Shown one piece after another: positions 27,905-38,425 of a stretch of 49,258 bases of DNA. Numbering within the stretch: position 1 is the stretch's first letter; each line of letters begins with the position of its first letter. The DNA is taken from IMG/VR virus record IMGVR_UViG_3300032320_002841, positions 1 to 49,258 of that record. One strand, written 5' to 3'. This stretch comes from a virus (taxonomy: Duplodnaviria; Caudoviricetes). Below the pieces are notes generated by a model, which had not been told where the DNA came from, ran no database searches, and saw nothing but the letters and a program-made list of their open reading frames with translations. A program made the translations under genes and the position numbers.

Positions 27905-28564
27905 TTAGCTAGTTACTTTAGTTATTGTTACAGGAATTGTTACTCTAGCTCCAGAATCTCTACCAATTATAGTTAAAATAGTAGATAATGAAGATTGGGC
28001 ACCAAATAATGTATTAACAGTAGTTGCTGTTAAGTTTATAGTAGCTCCAATTACGGTTCTTGAAACATTAGTACCAATTGTTGTTGTTGAATTTAAAGCA
28101 GCAACTTCAGCAGTGTTAATACCTACACCATTAAATGTAGCTAATAATCTTGAATCACCAATAGTAGCTGTGTAACCTGAAGATTCAAATGTAGTTGAAG
28201 TTCCTAAATAATTTAATGTTTGAGGAGTAATAGCTAAAGTAGCTCCTTGACGCAATGTAATAGAAGTATAACCTACATTTAATACAGGTAATTTAGCAGT
28301 ACCACGTGGTAAAGTTAAAAGTTTATACTTCATAATTTGAGTCTCATCCGGAAATGCTTCTAATATAGGCATAGCTTCAATAGCTTCACCATAATAAGCT
28401 GATCCTGATGGATGTGTTGGGTTATATAGAGTATAATCAATTTCATCATCTGATAATGAAAATTGAGTAATTCTAAATGAACCGTCATTTTTAGCTAATA
28501 ATTCTCTACCCTTTTTAGTTAAGATAGCATCTACGGTTACGGATGTGTTATTTAAGAATCCCAT
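27905..28564 (-). CDS. Tail/baseplate structural protein
   Basis: MGFLNNTSVTVDAILTKKGRELLA...FSLSDDEIDY, resembling the LTxxGxxxxA start of tail-collar fibre proteins. Confidence 0.6.
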   Translation of the reverse strand: MGFLNNTSVTVDAILTKKGRELLAKNDGSFRITQFSLSDDEIDYTLYNPTHPSGSAYYGEAIEAMPILEAFPDETQIMKYKLLTLPRGTAKLPVLNVGYTSITLRQGATLAITPQTLNYLGTSTTFESSGYTATIGDSRLLATFNGVGINTAEVAALNSTTTIGTNVSRTVIGATINLTATTVNTLFGAQSSLSTILTIIGRDSGARVTIPVTITKVTS

Positions 28565-28586
28565 ATTGTTTTATTCGATTACTAAT

Positions 28587-28595
28587 TATAAATAT
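28587..28595 (-). promoter_or_regulatory. Putative late promoter ATATTTATA
   Basis: Intergenic, 22 nt upstream of ATG 28564. Confidence 0.6.
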
Positions 28596-28627
28596 GTATA
28601 TTTTTTATTTTTTTAAATTAAATTTAA

Positions 28628-31600
28628 TTAAAATCCTCCTCCTTGAACATCAGTAATATTAGTTGTAGATACATCTAATAAGTTTTGAGATTTCAATCTT
28701 TTAACAATATTACCAGCATCTTCTTTAGTTTCCTTAGTTAAATATTCAGGTAATAATATTCCTGGAGATGTTTGGCCTGTGTTTTTATTAGTAAGTAAAA
28801 CTATATTAGTCTCATCTTCAATTTTAGATAACATTATAAAATTTATAACATGACCAATAACTGATCCTGAAGGATTATTTACACAAGATTGGTTTAATAT
28901 ATCTGGGGGTAAATCGTTGTTAGGAGAGCTATATTCAGAAACTTCAAATACTAGTCTACCTTCATAAGAACCTGTACCGTTAGAACCTGTACCAATGGTT
29001 TGGTTAGGTAAGTATATATTTGTAATTTCTCTTTCAAATGGTGCTGCAAATGGGAATGTTTTACTATCATGATTAAAAAATCTAAGTAAATCACCTTTTT
29101 TAGGATTAAAAAATTCTGTTATAGGTTGATAACCTAACTCTAAAATATCATCAGGTAAAGTTTGTTTAATAAGATTTCCATAATAATTCCCTCCAGGTAT
29201 ATAATGATCATAATACAATTTAGATAAATCATATGAAGCTGTTAATAAAGTAAATAAACTACCACTTTCAACTTTATTTCCTCTCTCAAAATACCAGTTA
29301 TTAGTAAGAGCAGAACCCGAATTAAATCCATTATCAAAAGAACCTGTAATATATATTTTATTAGGAGCTTGGGTATAATAGTAATTACCTCCCTGTAATG
29401 TTCTTGTTATACTAGCTAAAGGAGATGTTTTAAAATTAATTTTAGTACTTAAAGATGTTCTATTAAAAGTTAATGTTTGAGAAATATTACCTACACTTCC
29501 TAGTAAATTTTTTAAAGGAATATTATCATTTGTTACCCCTGCTGGTAATATTATTAAACCCTCAAAAGGATATGTAACTTGTACATTTAAACCATCATCT
29601 TCTTCTATACCATAATTTCCTAAAGGTGGATTATAAGAAACTAAAGGACCTGTAGTTTGAAAAGTATTTTGTGGGGATGTAGCAGAAAAACTTGCAGTTG
29701 AACTATTTACTATAAATCTTACATAATCTACTCCTAGGTTGTCAGTTAAAACTGGTACTTTAGTATTATCTCCTACTACTGTGGTCCAAATAACTGATGG
29801 GCCTGAATTGTAAAAATAACCAGTAGTTCCTATAGGAAGTTTAGTAAATCCTATATTATCCCATGCATCAAAACCTACATTGTTATCAGTACCAAATTCA
29901 CCTGCATTTTGAAGAGGTTGTGGTATAGGAAATGTTCCACTTCTAGTATTAGCTTCGTTCCATATTTCACCTATAAGATTAGATGTTGGGGATACTTTTA
30001 TGGTTAATGTTATATTTCCTGTTATTCTTTGTCTAATTTCCCCATCATAAGCAGTAGTTCTAGTTACAGGAATTAAAATTCCCGAATTTATACTTACATA
30101 TAAAGAGTTTGAGTCTAGATTTGTATTTGTAGAAGAAATAGGATTAGCTAAATAAGCATCTCCAAGAGTAAATCCATTTATACTAGCAGTTACTTGACTA
30201 CCTGCAGCAGGATTATCAATAGCTATATCATCTAAAAATGTAAATACTAAATTAGCCCAATCAGAAATATCATTAGAAGTATTTTGTAAAATAGGTTCAT
30301 ATCTAAACCCACCCGCATAAACAGGTTTTAAACCATTTAATCTTTTTTGTTTTGAAGGTTGGTTAATATTATCTAAAGCTACATTTACATTAGTTCTATT
30401 AAAAATAGATTGTAAATCAAATACATTTGTATTTGCTTCTGTTAATTCAATTACATTAGAAGCACTATCAATTATATATTTGGTATTTACATTTACTCGT
30501 CCTGGGAAGGTTAATGATTGAGAAGTTATTTCTTTAAAATAAGCAAATTTAATAGGATTTAAATTTATTACAGGAGAATTACCATAAGAAATATCTCCTA
30601 ATGAATATGTGTTGTATAAATCTCCAAATAATCTACTTCCATTATATCTTGAATTAATATGTCCTCTTGTAGTATAATTACTATCTTGAACAGGGGCATT
30701 TAAAAATTCAAATCCTCCTATATTTAAATTAGCTCTTAAACTAGCTGTTAAATAGTTAAGATTAACGGGTAATATTGGATTATAGGCATAATCAACGTCA
30801 AGATATTGAGGTGAGGTTCTTGCTGTTAAAACGTTGTTTAATGTTGGATTTATGGGTAATCTATAGTAGTTATCATGTATACTAGAAGAAACATTTACAC
30901 TAATATTATTTAATTCATATACAATATTATCAGTAGATTGTGAATGAACTGTTATAATGGTTCCTCCTAATTCACCTGTAAATAACTCTTTCTTTTGAGT
31001 ATTATATTTAGTTATACTACCTGAAGTATATGTTGTAGATGAAGTATAAGCTGTATTGTAAATTTCAGCTAATCCGTTTGAACCAGTTATAAAAGCAGTT
31101 TCTATTGAGCCACTATAATCTACAAAAGTCATTACAGGTTCGTGTCTTGCTATTTTATTTCTTTCTAAGATATTAGTATTAATAACTAATCCTGTTGATA
31201 AATTAGCTTTAGCAGGAACAAAATCCTTTATCATTTTGAATAATGAGTTATCAAAATAAGATAAAAGTTTAATTAAATCAAAAACATTTTGGGAATCAGA
31301 ATATTTTGTAAAATAAAAATTTCTTAATTCAGTTAATACTGGATATGAATCTGAGGAATCTAATCTTGGATCACCAATATATTCATCAATATTAAATGAA
31401 CCTAATTGTGCTATTATATCTTCATTAATTGAATCTTGAGGAGAAATAGATACTTCAACTATGTTTAAATCATTAGTATAAGGATAAATTTCTGGTTTTT
31501 GGATTGAAATATAAGGTGTTAATACATCTCCCGGTACTAAATTTGGAATTGTAACTCTTACTTTTTCATCTATTTCAGTAATACTACCTAAATTAGGAGT

Positions 31601-34210
31601 ATTAACTAAGAATGTTTCATGATTATCTGAATAGATAGCATTAGAGGTGTTTATTAAATTTATTGTAGATCTAATAGCACTATTACCATCTCCAAAAGAA
31701 GCTGTTTGAGCAGGATGAACCGAAGTATAAGTGCCTCTAACTATATTATTTAATTCACTACCAAAAGGATATCTAAATATTAATTTATCATAAGAACCTG
31801 TAACAGTATTTTCAGGATAAGCTATAGGATTTAGAATATGATCTTTAAAATTATTTACTGGGATAGAACCTATCCATACTCTAACTTCTTGTACAGAAGC
31901 AGAAGTAGGGTAATAAATGCTACTATTACCTATGTTTATATTTTCAACAGTATTCCAACCATATAAATTATAATCAAATTGAGTAGCTCCATTTATAGTA
32001 ATAGAACTAGATTTTAAGTATTGAATCCCATAGTCACTTTTATTACCTATAGTTAAGGTATAAGTATTAGTTGTAGTATAAGTAGATAAACTATTAGCAT
32101 TTAAACTACCTGTTTCTCTAGTTAAATTTAATACCCACCAATCATCATTATAAATTGGGATGCTTATAGGTGTTGAATATAAAAAAGAATTACCATCACT
32201 TAATCCAAAACTAACATCACCAAAAGAACCTGATTTTTGTATTACTTTTATATGTTTGTAGTCGCTTTCTAAAATAGATTGGGTTGGGTAAGTGCCATTT
32301 AATTTAAATCTATATTCTATAGTATCAGGAAATATAGTTAAACCTGTGTCTAAATATTGTTTGTATGAAGGTCTAAAAGGTAATCTAACATATGAATTAC
32401 TATTAAGATCTAATTTATAATTAAATTTAGGAGTAATTTGTTCAATAATATTTAAATCTTTTCTATTACCACCATATTCTTTAACTTTTAGAATAGTGTC
32501 AGGAATACCAAAACAATTGATTAAAGCGCGTAAACCTCTTCTTGTACCCTTAGTCTTGAGTAAATAAGGTAAGTTGTGATAAATACGTTTATATGTTTCT
32601 TTTACGATATCATTATCAGGAATAGTATTATTAGAAGCTGTTACATAAGTATTTATCATGTAAGAGCCAGTAGAAGGTAAAGTACTATTATTAGAATCAA
32701 TTCCTAATAAGGATAAGTATAAATCTTCTTGATTTCTTGAGTTAGTATAAAGTTTCATACCAAAATTTCTTAAGGTATCTGCTACTAAATCTTTTGAAAT
32801 TCCAAAATCAACTCTATTATCTGCAACTTGTAAATCAGTTATATCTTTTATGTAGGTCCATATATAATCATAATGTTGACCTAACATTGCTGAAAATAAT
32901 TCTAAATTTGAGTTTTGAGAATCTTCTTTTATGTATTCAGGGAAATTATTCCAAATATAATTTTTATTTTCAATATCATAATTGTCAGCATTCAGTAATG
33001 CTCCCCCATAATAAGCAGAAGTATAATCAGTTGAACCAAACCAAACTAATGATTCAGGGGTTGAAGGAGATAAATTAGTATAAGGTTTAATTGATCCTGA
33101 TTTAGGCCAAGAATAACTTCCAGATTCATAATATAAAAAGTATTCATATCCATCAAACTTTTCAATTAGAGTATTTAATTGATTTTGTAAATTAAGTACG
33201 CTTGCTGAGGTGTAAGTTACACTAGAAGAGACACTTAAATTATTGATATTATTAATATCTGATTGGAGAGATTGAATTTGAGTTAATTTATATTTAAAAT
33301 TTTCAAGTCTTTCTCTTGCAGATGAAAAATGAACAAAATTATTAAAATCTGTATAATCAACAGTTATTTCAATACTTTTTTCTTCTAACCAAGATTGTAA
33401 TTGTTGATAAGAAGAAGAAACAGATGAATTTAATAATGAAGATAAATTTAAATAAGGTGTAGTTAAATTATTTTTTTCTGCTAATTCTATATTAATATTA
33501 GGTCCTCTTAATGAAGTAGTATCAGGAGTAGCTTCAGCTATAAATTCAGTATTTACTTCAAAAACATAAGGTTCAGAAATACTTTCTACTAACCAAAAAG
33601 TATCTTTTAATCTAAAATTTGGGGGAAGTGGTTCATATAATTTAATATATAAACTAGCATATGATTCATTTGAATTATCAAATGCTATATTAACTCCAAT
33701 AATAGTTTTATTATCACCAAAATTTAAAAGAAAATCTGAATAGAAAGCTCTTGAATTTCTTTCTGAAATGAAATTTAAATATGATTGCCCTAAGTCAGTA
33801 TATGAAACTGAATTATTTGATACTTTAAGTTCAGTTCTATCTGATGATATTTGTGATATAAAGAAAGGAGTGGCAGGTGTGCTAAAAAATAGTTGTCTAT
33901 AAAAGTTATAAACTATTTCATATTTTCCTAAAGTAATTCCAAATGATTCTAAATCAGCTTTAGGATCTAGTTCTACTTGATCATATAAAGAAGTACCTTC
34001 AATAGTCTGTCTTGTAGTATAATTTTTAAAATCATAGGCAGAATTTAATACATCACCATTAGGAGATATAACATGTACTTCTACTTTATCCTCAGGTAAA
34101 CCAAATTCTTTATTAATATTTAATGAATTCAATAAAGATTCATCACTAACTTTATAGTCTTGGTTTATAAATTGGGTTGGATCAAGTTGGGATATATTTG
34201 TAATTTCCAT
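28628..34210 (-). CDS. Very large baseplate wedge/tail protein (1860 aa)
   Basis: NLPYLLKTKGTRRGLRALINCFG (P2 gpI/T4 gp7-like KGT motif), followed by a LamG-like segment (SVQEVRVW); located in the baseplate cluster. Confidence 0.7.
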   Translation of the reverse strand: MEITNISQLDPTQFINQDYKVSDESLLNSLNINKEFGLPEDKVEVHVISPNGDVLNSAYDFKNYTTRQTIEGTSLYDQVELDPKADLESFGITLGKYEIVYNFYRQLFFSTPATPFFISQISSDRTELKVSNNSVSYTDLGQSYLNFISERNSRAFYSDFLLNFGDNKTIIGVNIAFDNSNESYASLYIKLYEPLPPNFRLKDTFWLVESISEPYVFEVNTEFIAEATPDTTSLRGPNINIELAEKNNLTTPYLNLSSLLNSSVSSSYQQLQSWLEEKSIEITVDYTDFNNFVHFSSARERLENFKYKLTQIQSLQSDINNINNLSVSSSVTYTSASVLNLQNQLNTLIEKFDGYEYFLYYESGSYSWPKSGSIKPYTNLSPSTPESLVWFGSTDYTSAYYGGALLNADNYDIENKNYIWNNFPEYIKEDSQNSNLELFSAMLGQHYDYIWTYIKDITDLQVADNRVDFGISKDLVADTLRNFGMKLYTNSRNQEDLYLSLLGIDSNNSTLPSTGSYMINTYVTASNNTIPDNDIVKETYKRIYHNLPYLLKTKGTRRGLRALINCFGIPDTILKVKEYGGNRKDLNIIEQITPKFNYKLDLNSNSYVRLPFRPSYKQYLDTGLTIFPDTIEYRFKLNGTYPTQSILESDYKHIKVIQKSGSFGDVSFGLSDGNSFLYSTPISIPIYNDDWWVLNLTRETGSLNANSLSTYTTTNTYTLTIGNKSDYGIQYLKSSSITINGATQFDYNLYGWNTVENINIGNSSIYYPTSASVQEVRVWIGSIPVNNFKDHILNPIAYPENTVTGSYDKLIFRYPFGSELNNIVRGTYTSVHPAQTASFGDGNSAIRSTINLINTSNAIYSDNHETFLVNTPNLGSITEIDEKVRVTIPNLVPGDVLTPYISIQKPEIYPYTNDLNIVEVSISPQDSINEDIIAQLGSFNIDEYIGDPRLDSSDSYPVLTELRNFYFTKYSDSQNVFDLIKLLSYFDNSLFKMIKDFVPAKANLSTGLVINTNILERNKIARHEPVMTFVDYSGSIETAFITGSNGLAEIYNTAYTSSTTYTSGSITKYNTQKKELFTGELGGTIITVHSQSTDNIVYELNNISVNVSSSIHDNYYRLPINPTLNNVLTARTSPQYLDVDYAYNPILPVNLNYLTASLRANLNIGGFEFLNAPVQDSNYTTRGHINSRYNGSRLFGDLYNTYSLGDISYGNSPVINLNPIKFAYFKEITSQSLTFPGRVNVNTKYIIDSASNVIELTEANTNVFDLQSIFNRTNVNVALDNINQPSKQKRLNGLKPVYAGGFRYEPILQNTSNDISDWANLVFTFLDDIAIDNPAAGSQVTASINGFTLGDAYLANPISSTNTNLDSNSLYVSINSGILIPVTRTTAYDGEIRQRITGNITLTIKVSPTSNLIGEIWNEANTRSGTFPIPQPLQNAGEFGTDNNVGFDAWDNIGFTKLPIGTTGYFYNSGPSVIWTTVVGDNTKVPVLTDNLGVDYVRFIVNSSTASFSATSPQNTFQTTGPLVSYNPPLGNYGIEEDDGLNVQVTYPFEGLIILPAGVTNDNIPLKNLLGSVGNISQTLTFNRTSLSTKINFKTSPLASITRTLQGGNYYYTQAPNKIYITGSFDNGFNSGSALTNNWYFERGNKVESGSLFTLLTASYDLSKLYYDHYIPGGNYYGNLIKQTLPDDILELGYQPITEFFNPKKGDLLRFFNHDSKTFPFAAPFEREITNIYLPNQTIGTGSNGTGSYEGRLVFEVSEYSSPNNDLPPDILNQSCVNNPSGSVIGHVINFIMLSKIEDETNIVLLTNKNTGQTSPGILLPEYLTKETKEDAGNIVKRLKSQNLLDVSTTNITDVQGGGF

Positions 34211-34551
34211 TATTTGGATGCTGTTAATTCATCTATTGTTTGTTGTAACGTTAAATTTTCAAGTCTTAATTGATTAATCTCATCTAATAAAGCATCTATT
34301 TCACCTGCATTTTGATTAACACCAGTATATTCTGTACTTCTTATAATTAATTCTAAATGGGAATTTACATCTCCTTCTACAGGAATTTCATAAAATAAAT
34401 CATTATATGCTTGAAAAAATTGATCTATAGTAATAGTATTATCTACTATTTCTGTTTGGGGTTGTAATAATTGAGAAAATTGAGTATCGATTACATTTAA
34501 ATATGTAACCTTACCATAAACTGTTTTATTTAATTGAACTTGTTTTGCCAT
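34210..34551 (-). CDS. Small structural protein with C-terminal coiled coil
   Basis: EIDALLDEINQLRLENLTLQQ; translationally coupled within the baseplate operon. Confidence 0.55.
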   Translation of the reverse strand: MAKQVQLNKTVYGKVTYLNVIDTQFSQLLQPQTEIVDNTITIDQFFQAYNDLFYEIPVEGDVNSHLELIIRSTEYTGVNQNAGEIDALLDEINQLRLENLTLQQTIDELTASK

Positions 34552-35582
34552 TATCTAACTATTTTAAAGTAGTTTGATGGGTCATCTATAACTACAGTTT
34601 CACCATTTGAAAGTACAGTTTTAATTAAAATCTGGTAGTATCTTTCAGGTTCTAAACCATTCATATATAATTTAAAATAATTACTTGTATTATCACAACT
34701 TACTTTAGTGTAAGTAGTATCAAAATCAATTATTATTTCTTCTGTTTTTACATCTTTTAATGCCCAATATGTAGTTGAAGGTAATGCTTTTGGATTTAAA
34801 TATACTGAAGTTGTAGAAAAGGCACGAGCAGGATATCTATCTCTTGATTTTATTCTAAAAACATAAGTTGAGTTTTCTTCAAATTCTGATTTATTATTAG
34901 ATATTACAGGAATAAAATCTGATGTTGTTAATTGTGTTAATGTAGTACTATATGAACTATCATTCCATCTAAATTCTAATTGTGGTGGATAAATAGTATG
35001 AGTATCCATTGAAAAGAAAGATGTAATTAATGGAGTAGTACTATTTTCTATACTAGAAGAAAGTTTTAATAAAATACCATTATTTTGAATTGAACCCGAA
35101 TACCATAAATTAGTAATTGAAGTTAAATTCATATTAATATCTTTACTATCAGTATAAGTAAAAGATTGAGAAGTAAAAGAGCTAGAAGTAAATGAACTAC
35201 CTGAGGAAGCCCAATTTGTAGTACCTGTACTAATCCATGTACAACCAGCAGTTGTTTGGGGTTCATCACCAGATCTTCCTAATCCCATTACCCAACTTTG
35301 AGAAACAGGATACCCAAAAATAGTATAATCTATAGGTAAAGTAGCATTAGCTAAAAATAATTTAAGATAAGAAACAAAACTACTTCCACTTATTTTATTA
35401 TTAACTACATCGGTTATTTGAGAAGTAGGAAATTGAATTAACGCTCGTGTTACATCAGCGTTTATAGAAGTAATTTCAGTTTCATTTGATATCTCTAAAA
35501 TTTCATCTCTACCAAAATTTTGAGTTGAACGGTATGATGAGATGAATGCGTCTTTTTCAGGGAATATTTTGTATACAGCCAT
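34551..35582 (-). CDS. Baseplate-associated protein with DNRLRE/CBM96-like domain
   Basis: KDAFISS...NFG...RALIQF...NNGILLK...FFSMD...YPPQLE pattern. Confidence 0.55.
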   Translation of the reverse strand: MAVYKIFPEKDAFISSYRSTQNFGRDEILEISNETEITSINADVTRALIQFPTSQITDVVNNKISGSSFVSYLKLFLANATLPIDYTIFGYPVSQSWVMGLGRSGDEPQTTAGCTWISTGTTNWASSGSSFTSSSFTSQSFTYTDSKDINMNLTSITNLWYSGSIQNNGILLKLSSSIENSTTPLITSFFSMDTHTIYPPQLEFRWNDSSYSTTLTQLTTSDFIPVISNNKSEFEENSTYVFRIKSRDRYPARAFSTTSVYLNPKALPSTTYWALKDVKTEEIIIDFDTTYTKVSCDNTSNYFKLYMNGLEPERYYQILIKTVLSNGETVVIDDPSNYFKIVR

Positions 35583-35597
35583 AAATCTAATATATAA

Positions 35598-35606
35598 TAT
35601 AAATAT
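35598..35606 (-). promoter_or_regulatory. Putative late promoter ATATTTATA
   Basis: Intergenic, 15 nt upstream of ATG 35582. Confidence 0.6.
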
Positions 35607-35623
35607 ACATTAGATAAATTTTT

Positions 35624-37501
35624 CTAAAAAGTAACTACTCTACCTTGAATATCAGTTGTTAGATTTTTAACTTCAAAAATACTTGGATCTAAAGAAGGAT
35701 ATAAAATATTATTAATAGTTGCTCCCTTAATATCATACGCATATTGAGAGTAACCTGAATTAGTTCCTGCTTTGTTCACTATATCTACTTTTTGTACTGT
35801 TTGTACCCCTTCAACTTGATCTAAAGTACTATAAATATCTGCGATTAAAATAGGTTGGTTAATTTGCCATTTGTCTATATCAAAATAAGATTGTAATACC
35901 TTTAAACAGTTGTTTATGACTAATTTTCCATTATAATTTGGTCTAACTACTACATCAAAATTTACTCCAATATTAATAACAAAAGCATCTTTTATATTAA
36001 CACCATCAGTTAACATTCTATATTCGGAAAGGAATGTTTTTACGTTTTGCTTTAAAGCAGGACTAGAAACTATTAAATTACCTGTAGAATTTTTAGATAA
36101 AATATAAATTGAAATAGCATTTGGATTTTGTGTAGCTAATAAATCTGTTGGATAGTTAACACTAATACCCATATCTTGTGATACAAATGCTTTAGAAATT
36201 AAACCATATTTTGGGGGTAAAGATAAAGTTCTAATAATATAATCATCATTAGTTATAGTTCTTAACTGTGTAGGATACATAGCTAAGGAATTTTGTCTTA
36301 TTTCTTCATTTGTATCTCCATCTCCTCCTCCTACAGCTGCACTATCATTAGTAAAAGCTAATGAATTTAAAACAGTAGTTTGCATAGTAGGATCTAATCC
36401 ACTACCCGCAAATGAATTAGTTCCACCAATACGATTAGTCAAAGTATTTGAAGGTATATTTGAAACTGCTCCTCCTCCTTTTAAATAAGTAACTGTTAAA
36501 GTAGTATTTGAAGGGGCTAGACCATAAGTTTGGGTATATAAAAAGTTTGAAGGATCCCAAGCAGTCATCATTTTATCTATCCCATAAGGTAATCCTAAAC
36601 CAATATTATCAGGATTAGGAATAATTTCTTCATCAGCTCCTGATGATACACCCGGACCAAATTGTAATTCTAATGTGTTATTGGTTTTAAAACGAGAAAC
36701 AAATCTTCTAGGTACTTTTTTTAATTTAAGTAAATATGGAGTTGAATCATTATATTGAGATAAACTTGGATCATTTGTAGCAGTATTTTCGGTAGCTTCA
36801 AAAATAGTATCTTGAGCTAAATAAGGTACTTCATACCATTGATTATTATCAGAATCAGTTACACCTACTATAGAAATTACGTTATTATCCGTAATAGTCA
36901 CGGTAGGAAAACGTTCAGGGTTACCAAATGTAAACGTTGTTGTAGTTAAAGTTCCAGCCGTAGCTTTCGCAGTTTTTTGTAATAAATAAAATAATGGATT
37001 ACCATTAATATCATAACTATAAACTGATGTGTCTGTAAAAGAAGATCCAGAGTTTGAAAAATCTATTTTCTCATCTATATAAAAAGCTACATTTCCATTA
37101 CCATTAGTTTGAAGTTGTGTTCCTTCTTCTAAAATTAAAGCATATCCAAAATCAGGTACATATTGGCTATTTACTATAGTTGAAGGTACTACTTGAAATA
37201 CACTAACATCAACAGAAGCAGCACTTGTTACTTTAGGTTGGTATCCAAAATTATAAGCTAATGCTAATAAGTTTTTTCTTTGTTTAGCAAATTGTAAGAA
37301 ATTTTCTTGAATTTGATTATCAGTATAAAAAGATAAAACGTCTCCAACATATGAAGCCATTTCTATAAGCATCATACCAGGTGATGCTTCTGAAAAATCA
37401 TTATAAGTGTTTGGATAATATATTTTAGCAAAGTTAATTAACTGTGCCTTTAAACTATCGAAATCACGATTTAAATATTGTACGGTTTTTGTATTAGCCA
37501 T
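35624..37501 (-). CDS. Baseplate wedge subunit (T4 gp6 / baseplate J-like)
   Basis: RDFDSLKAQLINF...NDFSEASPGMMLIEMASYVGDVLSFY, LQFGPG, GGGDGDTNEEIR, QLRTITNDDY. Confidence 0.9.
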   Translation of the reverse strand: MANTKTVQYLNRDFDSLKAQLINFAKIYYPNTYNDFSEASPGMMLIEMASYVGDVLSFYTDNQIQENFLQFAKQRKNLLALAYNFGYQPKVTSAASVDVSVFQVVPSTIVNSQYVPDFGYALILEEGTQLQTNGNGNVAFYIDEKIDFSNSGSSFTDTSVYSYDINGNPLFYLLQKTAKATAGTLTTTTFTFGNPERFPTVTITDNNVISIVGVTDSDNNQWYEVPYLAQDTIFEATENTATNDPSLSQYNDSTPYLLKLKKVPRRFVSRFKTNNTLELQFGPGVSSGADEEIIPNPDNIGLGLPYGIDKMMTAWDPSNFLYTQTYGLAPSNTTLTVTYLKGGGAVSNIPSNTLTNRIGGTNSFAGSGLDPTMQTTVLNSLAFTNDSAAVGGGDGDTNEEIRQNSLAMYPTQLRTITNDDYIIRTLSLPPKYGLISKAFVSQDMGISVNYPTDLLATQNPNAISIYILSKNSTGNLIVSSPALKQNVKTFLSEYRMLTDGVNIKDAFVINIGVNFDVVVRPNYNGKLVINNCLKVLQSYFDIDKWQINQPILIADIYSTLDQVEGVQTVQKVDIVNKAGTNSGYSQYAYDIKGATINNILYPSLDPSIFEVKNLTTDIQGRVVTF

Positions 37502-37907
37502 TATTGAAATTTATTGAAATTTCGTCACTTATATTAGTATTAATTATAGAATATGTAAAATACACTTGTATTATGTTTTGATCAGGTGAAGCATTTACTA
37601 CTAAAGAATTTAATCTGATTTGAGGAAAATATTCTTGTAACCCAAAAGAAATTATATCTTCTATATTTTGAGCAGTACCTTGAGTTATTTGTTCAAATAA
37701 TTTTTCTCTAATACCTGCTCCAAAGATAGGGTTCATTATTCTTTCTTTTTTTCCTGTAAGAAAAAAATTTAATATATTTGATTTAACAGCATCCTTAGTA
37801 GTATAAGTAATATTTAATCCAGTTGGACCATCAAAAGGAACTTTAATACCTACACCTTTGCTAGGTGATAGATCTAATGGATTTATATTAATTGTATTAT
37901 ATGCCAT
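37494..37907 (-). CDS. Baseplate wedge subunit (T4 gp25-like)
   Basis: AVKSNILNFFLTGKKERIMNPIFGAGIREKLFEQ. Confidence 0.88.
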   Translation of the reverse strand: MAYNTININPLDLSPSKGVGIKVPFDGPTGLNITYTTKDAVKSNILNFFLTGKKERIMNPIFGAGIREKLFEQITQGTAQNIEDIISFGLQEYFPQIRLNSLVVNASPDQNIIQVYFTYSIINTNISDEISINFNNG

Positions 37908-38395
37908 TAAATACTACCTTTTTCTTTTAAAGCACCCATTAATTTTGAAAAATCAGGTACAACATCAATATTCACATCATTTATATCACGTACAGGACCT
38001 TGAGATTTAATCATCTCATCTACAGTTGCTACTACAGGAGTATTAGAACCACCCATCATATGAGGAGCTCCTCCAGCCCATCCTACAGCTTGTGAGGCAT
38101 TAAATTCACCTCCATTTAAAGTTCTCCATTCCCCTGCTTGAGCAGTTTCATTTAATATATCTAACATGGGGTTACCTGTAGATGGGATTGGTTTTCTTTC
38201 CTCAGCAATTATATCTGAGAATGATGGTTTATAGGTAGATTCTATTTTAGAATAAGGTTTAGTAGTAGATTTATTTTCAGTTAAATTAGGTTTACTAGCA
38301 GATTTTACTGCTTCAAGTAGAATATCTCTCATTTCTTCTTGAATAGCCTTTTTAACTTCTTCTCTAATTACTTTTCTGAATACATCTAATTTCAT
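37907..38395 (-). CDS. Hypothetical protein with cargo-type leader
   Basis: MKLDVFRKVIREEVKKAIQEEMRDILLE; internal LTE and LNE; late motif 3 nt upstream. Confidence 0.55.
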   Translation of the reverse strand: MKLDVFRKVIREEVKKAIQEEMRDILLEAVKSASKPNLTENKSTTKPYSKIESTYKPSFSDIIAEERKPIPSTGNPMLDILNETAQAGEWRTLNGGEFNASQAVGWAGGAPHMMGGSNTPVVATVDEMIKSQGPVRDINDVNIDVVPDFSKLMGALKEKGSI

Positions 38396-38398
38396 ACA

Positions 38399-38407
38399 TA
38401 TAAATAT
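38399..38407 (-). promoter_or_regulatory. Putative late promoter ATATTTATA
   Basis: Intergenic, 3 nt upstream of ATG 38395. Confidence 0.55.
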
Positions 38408-38425
38408 TTAATATTAAAACTTATT

